Virus record (IMG/VR): IMGVR_UViG_3300025276_000020
Reading direction: 5' to 3' (one strand)
DNA length: 64,000 bases
From: a virus
The first letter of the stretch is position 1. Every line of letters begins with the position of its first letter. Made by a program: the position numbers and the translations under genes. The notes under the pieces were generated by a model. It made no database searches. It worked only from the letters and a program-made list of their open reading frames with translations, and was not told where the DNA came from. This document shows, piece by piece, positions 30,246 to 39,750 of the stretch.

Positions 30246-31436
30246 ATGATGAATATTTCAAAAACCCAAGCTGAACTAATCGATGCCTTTGTAGCATCTA
30301 ATCCTAACCAAGACTCGTTTGAGCGAGCCGAGCTTTTCAAGTTCGCTGAAGAACAGGGCTTTTCTGGCTCTGCCGCTTATACACTAATGAAGCAAATGCC
30401 TCGTGTCGCACGTGGTGTCTATCAGATGGTAGGATCTGGCAATGTGATCCAGATGAATGCTCCTTTAGCCGCACCAGTTGCCGCACCTCAAGTCGAGCAG
30501 ACTCCCATAGCAAAAGCAGTTGCTAGGGTCCAGTCTACCTCTTCGGATGAAGTCTACATACCTTCTGCTGATCCTACTTTTGTGAAGTGGGGATATTTCT
30601 CTGACGTTCTTAAGATCGTCAAGTCTAATATGTTTTACCCAATGTATGTTGCCGGTCTGTCTGGTAACGGTAAGACGATGATGATCGAACAAGCCTGTGC
30701 TAACGCCAAACGTGAATATGTTCGTGTTCAGATTACACCCGAAACTGATGAAGATGATCTGATTGGTGGATTCCGCTTGCTGAATGGCGAGACAGTCTTT
30801 GCAAAAGGTCCAGTCATCAAAGCGATGGAAGCTGGTGCCCTACTGATGATCGATGAGATTGACCGTGGCTCTAACAAGCTAATGTGTCTACAGGGTGTGC
30901 TAGAAGGCAAGCCAGTTCTTATCAAGAAAACTGGTGAAGTGATTACGCCTGCTCCTGGCTTTAACGTGATTGCTACTGCTAACACTAAAGGTCAAGGTGA
31001 TGAACAGGGTCGCTTCATTGCGGCTACGATTATCGATGAGGCATTCCTCGAGCGTTTCACTATTACTCTTGAGCAACCTTACCCAACAGCGGCTACTGAG
31101 AAGCGTATCGTTACTAACCACATGTCAAAGTTTGGTGCAAACGATAAAGAGTTTACAGAAAAACTAGTTCAGTGGGCTCAAGCGATTCGTAAGACTTTCG
31201 AAGATGGTGGGATTGATGAGATTATCTCAACTCGTAGGTTGTGCCACATTGTACAGACCTTCTCGATCTTCAGTGATCGTATGAAAGCCATCGAGTTATG
31301 TGTCAATCGTTTTGATGCTGATACCCGTGCGGCATTCCTTGATCTCTACAGTAAGATCGATGCTGATGTAACCACTGAAGAGCCTACTGGTGAAGAAATC
31401 CAGAACACTGGAGACTATGAAGGCAGCCAGTACTAA
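30246..31436 (+). CDS. CobS-like MoxR AAA+ ATPase
   Basis: GLSGNGKT, ETDEDDLIGG, IDEIDRG, ATANTKG, AFLERF, ISTRRL. Confidence 0.9.
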   Translation: MMNISKTQAELIDAFVASNPNQDSFERAELFKFAEEQGFSGSAAYTLMKQMPRVARGVYQMVGSGNVIQMNAPLAAPVAAPQVEQTPIAKAVARVQSTSSDEVYIPSADPTFVKWGYFSDVLKIVKSNMFYPMYVAGLSGNGKTMMIEQACANAKREYVRVQITPETDEDDLIGGFRLLNGETVFAKGPVIKAMEAGALLMIDEIDRGSNKLMCLQGVLEGKPVLIKKTGEVITPAPGFNVIATANTKGQGDEQGRFIAATIIDEAFLERFTITLEQPYPTAATEKRIVTNHMSKFGANDKEFTEKLVQWAQAIRKTFEDGGIDEIISTRRLCHIVQTFSIFSDRMKAIELCVNRFDADTRAAFLDLYSKIDADVTTEEPTGEEIQNTGDYEGSQY

Positions 31437-31466
31437 ATACAGTACATGCGTTAACAGGAGCCTCTT

Positions 31467-31868
31467 ATGGCTTACAGCGACAAAGTACTCGACCACTATG
31501 AGAACCCACGCAATGTGGGTTCTTTCGACATTACAGATCCTAAAGTTGGTACTGGTATGGTAGGTGCCCCTGCTTGCGGAGATGTAATGAGGTTACAGAT
31601 CAAAGTTGGAGAAGATGGTATTATCGAAGACGCTAAGTTTAAAACTTACGGGTGCGGTTCAGCCATTGCCTCTAGCTCACTACTAACAGAGTGGGTTAAA
31701 GGTAGAACATTAGATGATGCAGAGTCTATCAGGAATACCCAGATTGCTGAAGAGTTGGCATTACCGCCAGTCAAGATACATTGTTCCGTACTTGCCGAAG
31801 ATGCGATTAAGACCGCAGTCAAAGATTTACGAGACAAAATACAAAAGCAAAAAGAGGAAGCAATTTGA
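31467..31868 (+). CDS. iscU: Fe-S cluster scaffold IscU
   Basis: YSDKVLDHYENPRNVG, GAPACGDVM, FKTYGCGSAIA, LPPVKIHCS. Confidence 0.97.
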   Translation: MAYSDKVLDHYENPRNVGSFDITDPKVGTGMVGAPACGDVMRLQIKVGEDGIIEDAKFKTYGCGSAIASSSLLTEWVKGRTLDDAESIRNTQIAEELALPPVKIHCSVLAEDAIKTAVKDLRDKIQKQKEEAI

Positions 31869-32266
31869 TATTCATCTATACATTATGTCTAGCAATACTA
31901 GCTAGAGTTTTTGTCAATCCCCTCCCAGAAGCAGAATATATCATCATGATAATACTTGGCGGATACTCTTCCTTATTTTACTTCATCACTACTCAAGTTC
32001 TTATCGGAATGAAAGATATGCGAATAGAGATAGAAGAGGGAAATCTATCTGAGATGTGGCAGATACGCATGATTCTATTGATGGCAATGTTCATCGTGTA
32101 TGAGCTTGGTTACATTGAACTATTCTACTACTGTCTTCCATACATCTTAATGGGCACAGTTGGTGACATATTTGCGACTCTTATGTTAATAGGATTCATA
32201 GAATATAGTGGTGATAGGGATCCAGACGAGGAAGACTGAGTATCTTCACACTTATTTACTAATTTT

Positions 32267-32290
32267 AAAGGCTCTAACGAGCCTTTTTTT
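32267..32290 (+). terminator. Intrinsic terminator
   Basis: AAAGGCTC-TAAC-GAGCCTTT then U-tract. Confidence 0.7.
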
Positions 32291-32297
32291 ATAAATA
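32290..32297 (+). promoter_or_regulatory. Late promoter heading the curli/cyclase cluster
   Basis: TATAAATA immediately after a terminator and before an AAGGAG RBS. Confidence 0.75.
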
Positions 32298-32319
32298 ACT
32301 ATAGTAAAGGAGTGAATTT

Positions 32320-32598
32320 ATGGACGTGCTAAGTTTGATAGCAGATGTTGGGTTTCCAATTGCGGCAGCCCTGTCAGGTGGATTTTTCGTGTTTCTTACG
32401 CTAAGGTTTATCCTCGACGGAGTATTGTCGGACATCAAAACACAAAGAGGCTTTGCACAAGCCTTAGATAATAGAATTAAGACGATGAACAATGAAGTCA
32501 TGAGAATAGACCTCATGATTTGTCACGCTCACAATGTAAGCCCAGACCTGGATAGAGTGGCGAGAGCCGATGGTCAGAAAGATGCGAGGAAAGATTAA
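32320..32598 (+). CDS. Single-TM holin-like/YvrJ-like protein
   Basis: I..VGFPI.AA TM helix plus coiled coil; paralog of 32975-33298. Confidence 0.55.
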   Translation: MDVLSLIADVGFPIAAALSGGFFVFLTLRFILDGVLSDIKTQRGFAQALDNRIKTMNNEVMRIDLMICHAHNVSPDLDRVARADGQKDARKD

Positions 32599-32801
32599 TG
32601 TACTATAAAGACTACGACTTAATGAAGTTCGATAACGGGTTTAGGGTTGTCAAAAAAGACAATCCAGACGATAAGTTTCATATGATCGATGAAGGTCTAT
32701 TGAAGATAGGGGATACGTTTGTAGTTGGTCCTAGTGGCTACTTCGAACATAGAGGCAATATTATGGACGCATTTGAGGATACAGATAATGCTTTGGCTTG
32801 A
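32598..32801 (+). CDS. Small hypothetical protein (paralog of next gene)
   Basis: DY...F.V...LLKIGDTFVV..SG. Confidence 0.6.
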   Translation: MYYKDYDLMKFDNGFRVVKKDNPDDKFHMIDEGLLKIGDTFVVGPSGYFEHRGNIMDAFEDTDNALA

Positions 32802-32982
32802 TTATAATATTAACCAAGTTGGCGCACATTTTAAAGTTGAGGGAGAGTGGGAAGGAGAAGTCATGGGTGTTCAAAAAGATGGAACAGCTAAAAACAACCA
32901 CTTATATAAGCCAGGAGATACTTTCGTTGTAAACGAAAATGGATGGTTAATGAAAATAGGATCAGATAAAGAAGATGCCTGA
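32788..32982 (+). CDS. Small hypothetical protein
   Basis: DY...F.V...LYKPGDTFVV..NG. Confidence 0.6.
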   Translation: MLWLDYNINQVGAHFKVEGEWEGEVMGVQKDGTAKNNHLYKPGDTFVVNENGWLMKIGSDKEDA

Positions 32983-33298
32983 GGCAGAAACACTTAATAT
33001 TGCTGAGATGATCTCGCAATACGGCTTTCCAATTATAGCCGCAGTAGGACTAGGGTACTTCATATACTATATCTGGAACTGGGTAACGGAAGAGGTCGAT
33101 CCGGTTATTGGCGAGTCACATATGACACTGATAGCACTGATCGATAGAGTAAGAATGTTAGATAATGACTTGATTAGGCTCAAAACTAAACTGGACATGA
33201 TCTTACAACAACAGGATAAAAACGATTATGAAAAAATATTTGATAACAACCGTGATAGTACTAACAGCGGTGATGACATCTCATTCGACAGCAAGTGA
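32975..33298 (+). CDS. Single-TM holin-like/YvrJ-like protein
   Basis: ISQYGFPIIAA TM helix; ALIDRVRMLDNDLIR matches ALDNRIKTMNNEVMR of 32320-32598. Confidence 0.55.
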   Translation: MPEAETLNIAEMISQYGFPIIAAVGLGYFIYYIWNWVTEEVDPVIGESHMTLIALIDRVRMLDNDLIRLKTKLDMILQQQDKNDYEKIFDNNRDSTNSGDDISFDSK

Positions 33299-33701
33299 GC
33301 TGACGCATGTATTTGTATCTCCAGCTTTTAATGGCAACGGTTACAGTTCGCACATACTGACAATAGAGCAGTTAGAGGCTAATAGAAGAAAAGAGATTAA
33401 GGACGAGAAAAAGGCACGGGAAGACGAAGCAGAACGTGATTTGAAATCTACCAATGCGTATAAGTTCCAGAACAATTTAGAGTCTAGAATTTATGCAACC
33501 CTCTCTAAGAATATAGCGGACTCGCTATTCGGTGAAGGTGGTGGAGAAACAATAGAAGGAGAATGGTACGAAGCAACTACTCCATTTGGAGATATAATTG
33601 CATGGAAACAAGAGGGCGGTAGAATATACGTAACTGTCACAGATTCCAATGGTGATATCGTTTCCGAATTTGACGTTCCTGTAGGAGATTTTTCGTTCTA
33701 A
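33228..33701 (+). CDS. csgF: Curli assembly protein CsgF
   Basis: Signal peptide then SELTHVFVSPAFNG.G; F.NNLESRIYATLS...LFG; directly upstream of csgG. Confidence 0.85.
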   Translation: MKKYLITTVIVLTAVMTSHSTASELTHVFVSPAFNGNGYSSHILTIEQLEANRRKEIKDEKKAREDEAERDLKSTNAYKFQNNLESRIYATLSKNIADSLFGEGGGETIEGEWYEATTPFGDIIAWKQEGGRIYVTVTDSNGDIVSEFDVPVGDFSF

Positions 33702-34489
33702 TGAAACAATTTCTTGCGCTATTAGCATTAGTACTGACTACAAGTGGATGTGCTACACTGACCGAAGACTTTGGATTTAAGCCCGAGCCAGAAACAGCAA
33801 AAGTAGTTAAGAATGAAAATACGGAATTTCTTACTATGCCAGCTCCTTCTACAGGTAAAGCAGTTGTAGCAGTATATGGGTTCACTGATAAGACAGGACA
33901 GAGAAAGCCTAGTGAAAGAATGGCTAACATTAGTACCGCTGTCACGCAGGGCTCTGAAGTTTGGCTGATCAAGGCGCTTCAAGAAGTTGGAGGAGGCACT
34001 TGGTTTCAAGTAGTAGAGAGAATAGGGTTAGAAAATCTAACTAAAGAAAGGCAAATAATTCGTCAGAGCCGAGCGGCTGTGAAGGATACAAGAGAATTGA
34101 GACCGATGCTATTTGCAGGGGTCTTAGTAGAGGGAGGCATAATTGGATATGATTCCAATGTGCTAACCGGTGGTGCAGGTGCTCGATACTTAGGTGTCGG
34201 TCCCAGTACCCAATACAGACAGGACATAGTGACTGTAACTATTAGAATGGTAAGCGTACAAAGCGGAGAAGTGTTGTTAAGTGTTTCAACTACAAAAACT
34301 ATTATAAGCACTGGAACAAGCATGACATTCTTTAGATTTTTCGATATGGGCACAAACTCGCTAGAGGCAGAAATGGGTCATTCTATTAATGAACCCGTCA
34401 ATTATGCCGTAAGAGTTGCTATAGAGCAAGCCGTCGTTGAGTTGATTAAAGAAGGAGAAAGGAAGGAATACTGGCAATACGTTAAGTAG
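33701..34489 (+). CDS. csgG: Curli secretion pore lipoprotein CsgG
   Basis: Lipobox TSGC; VAVYGFTDKTGQRK, STAVTQG, WFQVVER.GLENLTKERQIIR, EGGIIGYDSN..TGGAGARYLG, NEP...AV..AIE. Confidence 0.95.
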   Translation: MKQFLALLALVLTTSGCATLTEDFGFKPEPETAKVVKNENTEFLTMPAPSTGKAVVAVYGFTDKTGQRKPSERMANISTAVTQGSEVWLIKALQEVGGGTWFQVVERIGLENLTKERQIIRQSRAAVKDTRELRPMLFAGVLVEGGIIGYDSNVLTGGAGARYLGVGPSTQYRQDIVTVTIRMVSVQSGEVLLSVSTTKTIISTGTSMTFFRFFDMGTNSLEAEMGHSINEPVNYAVRVAIEQAVVELIKEGERKEYWQYVK

Positions 34490-34587
34490 ACCTTTATAAA
34501 ATTATAACACCTTTGATATGAGGAGTAAGTAAAACTAAAAAAATATGTTCGTTGTCGGGAGAGATCGAACAAAACGGAGTAATACAT

Positions 34588-35280
34588 ATGAGCAATTTAA
34601 AGCTTTACACTATAGCACTGATCGCATTTGCGGCTTTTGCTACAACCACACACGCTAGTGACGTGTACATTGTGCAGGCTGGTTCTAGCAGTACAATCGA
34701 TATCACTCAAACCGGTAATGGCAACACCGTGGGTAATTCAACAACTGCCACAACCTTAAATGGCGATAGTCAGGACATAGATATCAGTCAACAAGGTAAT
34801 TCCAACAAAACGGATATATCCACGAGTGCAGGATCTAGTTCAACAACCATCAATATATTGAATACTGGTGACTCGAACGAAACTGTGATGGGTATTGCCA
34901 CAACCGGAACGACCTTCACTTCAACGGTGACAGGCGACAGCAATCTGGTAACAGTCTGCGGTACCAACGACAACTCTGGAGTTGCATCTGTAGGATCAGT
35001 TACGGACGGAGTATCGACTGCTTCTACCACAGGCACAATAGCAACCTGTACAACAGAGGTCAGCGTTACTGATACGACTACAACTCTAGCGACCACTGGT
35101 GATTATAACACAGTCAATCTAGAATTGGATGCTGCCGATGCAGTGAATACTATAACAGTTGGCGGTAATGTGTCTAGTAACTTCAATGAGATAAATCTCA
35201 CACAATCTACTACAGATATTCCTGTAGTTACTATGACAGTTGATGGTGATAGTAATGCGATTAACATCATACAGAATTAA
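34588..35280 (+). CDS. Secreted curlin-repeat protein (CsgA/CsgB-like)
   Basis: Signal peptide ending THA; repeated I.Q.G..N / G..N beta-arc motifs; T/S/N/D-rich. Confidence 0.75.
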   Translation: MSNLKLYTIALIAFAAFATTTHASDVYIVQAGSSSTIDITQTGNGNTVGNSTTATTLNGDSQDIDISQQGNSNKTDISTSAGSSSTTINILNTGDSNETVMGIATTGTTFTSTVTGDSNLVTVCGTNDNSGVASVGSVTDGVSTASTTGTIATCTTEVSVTDTTTTLATTGDYNTVNLELDAADAVNTITVGGNVSSNFNEINLTQSTTDIPVVTMTVDGDSNAINIIQN

Positions 35281-36358
35281 TCTACTATTTACATTTATAC
35301 TATGTTTTGCTAGTTCCTTTGCGTTGGGTAATACTACGGAAACGATTGGTAGTATTACTTCGCAAAAGGGCAACCCTGCACAAATAACGAGAGATGGTGA
35401 TAGCATTTCTACGGAGAAGGGAACTGGTTTATCTATGGACGATGAGATCGTTACAGCAAAAACCAAACTGGGACTCACATTCATAGACGATACTAGAGTA
35501 AGTGTCACCGAACAATCCGTACTAATCATCGATGACTTTATCTATGATCCAAGTACTGGTACAGGCAAACTAGCAATGAACATCGCACTCGGCACTGTTA
35601 AGTACTCATCTGGTGCAATCGCAAGAAACTCAAGAGAAAATGTATCCCTAAAAACGCCCACTGCGACAATATCTGTTCGTGGTACTGACTTCACTATGAC
35701 CGTAGATGAACTGGGCAGAAGTATTGTTATTCTGTTACCGAGTTGTCCTCCCGTGGGCGATTGCTGGACAGGTGAGATTATGGTCTCTACCGAAGTGGGA
35801 CAGGTCATATTAAATCAGGCATATCAAGCAACATTAGTATCGAACAAAATGGCTACTCCGACTAAGCCTAAGATACTAGACATCACGGAAGCCAATATTG
35901 GTAACATGTTAATCATCACACCACCGCCAGAATTGAAAGGTATAGGATACATAGTTCAAGCAGAAGTTGCCGAATACTTAGATAGTGATTTGCTAGAATA
36001 TGCTGAACTAAATTCAGACGAATTAGAAGAAGATAAACTAGAATTCAAAGAGCTTGATGTAAACAGGCTAGACATAGATTTTCTATTCAACGTGCTAGAC
36101 GCTACTGCTATGCTACAAGACGAACAATTGGCTATTGACCCAGTTCTTCCTACAATAAATGCATATAGGACCACAGTTCAAGCATTCTACGATGAGGAAA
36201 AGATAGGCATTTATAGTGAAAGCTCTGTACACATTTCAGACGTAACTACCGAGCGTATAACAGACGGTGACGTAAACCTATACAAAGACAATGTGCCTGC
36301 ACTCATTCAGCTAAACGGAGGTGGAGATGTTATCATCAATATTACGCAAAGCCAGTAG
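35240..36358 (+). CDS. Secreted FecR-domain protein
   Basis: Signal/TM segment; F.DDT.V.V.EQS.L.IDDFIYDP, G.V.Y.SG.IA, TPTATISVRGTDF, GEI.V....G.V.L. Confidence 0.85.
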   Translation: MMVIVMRLTSYRINLLFTFILCFASSFALGNTTETIGSITSQKGNPAQITRDGDSISTEKGTGLSMDDEIVTAKTKLGLTFIDDTRVSVTEQSVLIIDDFIYDPSTGTGKLAMNIALGTVKYSSGAIARNSRENVSLKTPTATISVRGTDFTMTVDELGRSIVILLPSCPPVGDCWTGEIMVSTEVGQVILNQAYQATLVSNKMATPTKPKILDITEANIGNMLIITPPPELKGIGYIVQAEVAEYLDSDLLEYAELNSDELEEDKLEFKELDVNRLDIDFLFNVLDATAMLQDEQLAIDPVLPTINAYRTTVQAFYDEEKIGIYSESSVHISDVTTERITDGDVNLYKDNVPALIQLNGGGDVIINITQSQ

Positions 36359-37313
36359 TATTATAATTCTAGCGTGGTTCATATCCTCAGACGCTTATGC
36401 TGATACGGGTACTCCAGTGATGAACGTAAGTTCACAAGGCTCTACTTATATCTACGTCTATAATGGCAATGATACAACAACCTTTGCTGATCTAGTAGCC
36501 TTAGGCAATAGTATTGTTGGATGGATTGCTACTATGACATCTTATAGCGGCTTTGGATCTGGTTCGGTAGGAGATACTGCTTTTGTATGCAGTGTCAGTG
36601 GCAGTGGCGACAATCTATTTTTAACTATGTGTGACGCTGATGGCAATAGTTTTACCCCTGCGGCAGGTTCCTGGTACTCCTTTTCAGCTCCTGCAGCCGA
36701 CGCAACTCCAGTTTACGGATCAACTGCGCCAACTACCGCACAGCAGACTAAAATAAATGCAAAACTCGCATTAGCCGCCGCAGGACAAGGTGACACAGTT
36801 GAAGCAAGCATAACAGGTAGCTTTAATGATATATTCATAACACAAGCTGGTGGTATAAGTTACCTAGACTTAATAATTACCGGCAATCTTAATAATGTCG
36901 ATACTGAGCAGGATCTAAATTCAGGATCACACGGATATATCGATGCCACTATAATTGGTAACAGTAATGACATAGACATACTACAAAAAGGCATCGGCAA
37001 CAAAGCCGCTGTACTTACCGTAACGGGAGATAGTAATGATGTCGATATAGCGCAACACGGTCTTGGTGATAAATTTATAGACTTAGAGATTACTGGCGAT
37101 AATCACAAGGCAGATATATTTCAAAACGGATCAGGCGCTCATTCTGCTAGAGTCGAACTCGATGGCTCACAGCCATGGGATTTCAAGTTAGAGCAAAGAG
37201 GAGCAACCGATAAGAATTACACATTGCCACATACCATGAGTGATGGAGCTGGAGTTAGTGGAACTTGTAATGCTTCAGGCGGTTGCAACCTAATAGTATA
37301 TCAAAATGACTAG
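36321..37313 (+). CDS. Secreted protein with C-terminal curlin-like repeats
   Basis: Signal peptide ending AYA; repeats ITG..N.V.I.Q.G.G (TGDSNDVDIAQHGLG, TGDNHKADIFQNGSG); ends C....GC.L.VYQN. Confidence 0.75.
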   Translation: MEMLSSILRKASSIIILAWFISSDAYADTGTPVMNVSSQGSTYIYVYNGNDTTTFADLVALGNSIVGWIATMTSYSGFGSGSVGDTAFVCSVSGSGDNLFLTMCDADGNSFTPAAGSWYSFSAPAADATPVYGSTAPTTAQQTKINAKLALAAAGQGDTVEASITGSFNDIFITQAGGISYLDLIITGNLNNVDTEQDLNSGSHGYIDATIIGNSNDIDILQKGIGNKAAVLTVTGDSNDVDIAQHGLGDKFIDLEITGDNHKADIFQNGSGAHSARVELDGSQPWDFKLEQRGATDKNYTLPHTMSDGAGVSGTCNASGGCNLIVYQND

Positions 37314-37663
37314 AGTCGATAAATCTCCTGTTGTTTACTGGACATCAGAATGGGTGAAAACTGGTAAGACAGAAGTCTATGCAGATAAGAACGGTGACAA
37401 GCGTACTAGACCCGAACTTAGTCTGGTAGGCGAACGAAATCCCAATTGGAAACCTATAGCAAGACGTTACTAAATAGATGTACAAAAGATACACATAGAA
37501 GAGTATATGTTGTGCGAATAGATAAAACATGGGGAGAGTGGCACTGGGTTAACGATGATGGTGTTACTGTAAGTCCTCGCTTTATAACAAAACAAGAGGC
37601 TTGCTACTGGCTAGTGCAATTCGAATGCGATAGATCAGAGCCAATGAAAGTAGATACAGAGAC

Positions 37664-39700
37664 ATGAAAATCATCCTTTCGCCATTATTTGCTATTATCA
37701 CTACGCTAATTCTAGCGTGGGTAACACTATCTAATCCAACTCTACTACAAAGCATTGATCTAAAGATCGCAGATCAACTCATAGTCGAAGAAAAGCAATT
37801 CATCGATGATGTGGTATTAGTAGACATATCAGAAAAGACTTTAGAAACTCATGGGCAATACCCACTACCAAGAGACATCTACGGGGATTTAATCCTCAGA
37901 TTGCGTCAAGCGAATGCAGGCATTATCGTATTTAATCTATCATTCCCAGAAGAAGATCGAACAGGTCAAGACGAATATTTCACGGATATGCTCGGGCAAG
38001 GCGTCATCTTATCTCATTTCCCTAGTAATAAGGCTCAAAACAGATCAGCATACAGTACTGCTATTGTACAGGTTGGCGGTGATGCTTTGGATTATATTTA
38101 CAATTATCCTGGTATAGCCGCAAACTTAGAGAAGTACGAGAACGTAGCAACAGGCATTGGAATTGCAAATACTCTACCAGAAATTGATGGAGTAGTAAGA
38201 CGATTACCCATGCTTGCTGGAGTACAGGAATCCTTATATCCTTCAATCGTTTTAGAGATATTCAAGGCTTACACTGGATCAAATACCTTTCAAGTAAAAA
38301 ACAGCGAATTTGGTGTGACAGCAGTTAGAGTAAAAGGGTTTCCAATCATCAATACGGATTCCTTAAGCCGCATATGGATGAACCCAAACTATGATTTTAC
38401 TCGATATGATCTAACGGATACGATGCCAGATTTGAATGGAGCAACAGTTTTTGTTGGGGTTACTGCTGACGGCATATCAAACCCCGTACCTACGGCTTCT
38501 GGTGCTGTCTATGGGCACGATCTTACTGCTAGGGCATTCACATCCGTAAAGAATCAGTATAATATTGTTACTCACCCATTAGAAGAATTCATTAAACTTA
38601 TCGGAATCATTGTGCTAGGTCTTTCTATTATTGGTCTGAGCTATGTTAGATTTGGTTGGGCATTGTCTATAGGCATGACAGGCGCACTGATCTATCTTCC
38701 TGTATATTTCTTCAATACTGATCTATCACTACTGATCACTACAGTTCAAGGATTGATGGGCATCATGATTTTCACTCATGTCTATGCCGTCAAGTATGGA
38801 CAAGAATACTTTCAAAAGATGGCTATCAAGAAGCAGTTTGCTGGATATGCATCTCCTGCGGTCGTCAAGATGCTTCAAGAAAACCCTGCCTTAGTCAAGG
38901 ATGGAGTTAAGAAAGAAGTGTCAATTGTGTTCTCTGATCTTCGTGGCTTCACGCCTCTTGGTGAGTCGTTTGGTGACGATGTAAAGGGTCTTACTCAAGT
39001 GATGAACGGATACATGGATGCAATATCTAAACCAATTCTAGATGTAAATGGAATGGTTATCAAGTATATCGGTGATGCGTCTATGCACATACACAATGCT
39101 CCCATAGACGATCCAGATCACCCTAAGACTGGCATACAGACATGTCTCAACATGCTAAGAGCAGTGGAGGAATTCAATGAAGAACTTACAAAAACTGGTC
39201 GCCCACCAGTCGGCATGGGTGCCGGTATTAATACTGGTCTTGGTTATATTGGCGAAATGGGCTCTACTGCACGACACTCCTACGACATTCTCGGAGACGC
39301 AGTTAGTACGGCAGCCAGATTAGAAAGTTCGTGCAAAGCATATGGTGTTGTTCTGATCGTAGGTCCATCAACATATCAAGCAACCCGTGAAGACTTTTTC
39401 TACTTAAAATTAGATGATTTGGCAGTTAAAGGTAAGACAGTAGGACTAGACATATACACAGTACTTGATCTAGATTCCGAAGAGCATTACGGAGTTGAGA
39501 TCGCTAAACACGGGTACATGCATCATAAATACAGTTCTAGACAGTTCAATGAAGCTATTGAGCTATGCAAAGAACTCAAAGGAAGCTTCGAAGGTCATAT
39601 GGACGGGTACTACGACATATGGATAGAACGCTGTGCCTACATGGAAACACTGAACCTTCCAGACGATTGGGACGGAATCTTTAGAGCCACTAGCAAGTAA
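37664..39700 (+). CDS. CHASE2-domain membrane adenylate cyclase (class III)
   Basis: CHASE2 motifs VVLVDISE..L...GQYPLPR, DGVVRRLP, GATVFVG.TA, TAS..VYG; 3 TM helices; cyclase FSDLRGFT, IKYIGDA, GAGINTG, GEMGS, YDILGDAVSTAARLES, VKGK. Confidence 0.93.
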   Translation: MKIILSPLFAIITTLILAWVTLSNPTLLQSIDLKIADQLIVEEKQFIDDVVLVDISEKTLETHGQYPLPRDIYGDLILRLRQANAGIIVFNLSFPEEDRTGQDEYFTDMLGQGVILSHFPSNKAQNRSAYSTAIVQVGGDALDYIYNYPGIAANLEKYENVATGIGIANTLPEIDGVVRRLPMLAGVQESLYPSIVLEIFKAYTGSNTFQVKNSEFGVTAVRVKGFPIINTDSLSRIWMNPNYDFTRYDLTDTMPDLNGATVFVGVTADGISNPVPTASGAVYGHDLTARAFTSVKNQYNIVTHPLEEFIKLIGIIVLGLSIIGLSYVRFGWALSIGMTGALIYLPVYFFNTDLSLLITTVQGLMGIMIFTHVYAVKYGQEYFQKMAIKKQFAGYASPAVVKMLQENPALVKDGVKKEVSIVFSDLRGFTPLGESFGDDVKGLTQVMNGYMDAISKPILDVNGMVIKYIGDASMHIHNAPIDDPDHPKTGIQTCLNMLRAVEEFNEELTKTGRPPVGMGAGINTGLGYIGEMGSTARHSYDILGDAVSTAARLESSCKAYGVVLIVGPSTYQATREDFFYLKLDDLAVKGKTVGLDIYTVLDLDSEEHYGVEIAKHGYMHHKYSSRQFNEAIELCKELKGSFEGHMDGYYDIWIERCAYMETLNLPDDWDGIFRATSK

Positions 39701-39703
39701 TTA

Positions 39704-39750
39704 GTCCCATACCTTGGGACCGTGACCTGAGTATGTCGTAAAACTGCTCA
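39704..39750 (+). other. Hairpin plus H-type pseudoknot right after the cyclase stop codon
   Basis: GTCCCA/TGGGAC; TGAC/GTCG with TGAGTA/TGCTCA. Confidence 0.4.

Noticed and set aside
27672-31436. cobS/cobT as cobalamin biosynthesis genes
   Set aside because: MoxR ATPase plus vWA pair is widespread in T4-like phages; no cobN or other cob genes are seen
34545-34571. Hairpin TGTTCG/CGAACA upstream of the first curlin gene as a riboswitch
   Set aside because: Single 6-bp stem with no recognisable aptamer consensus; too weak to call
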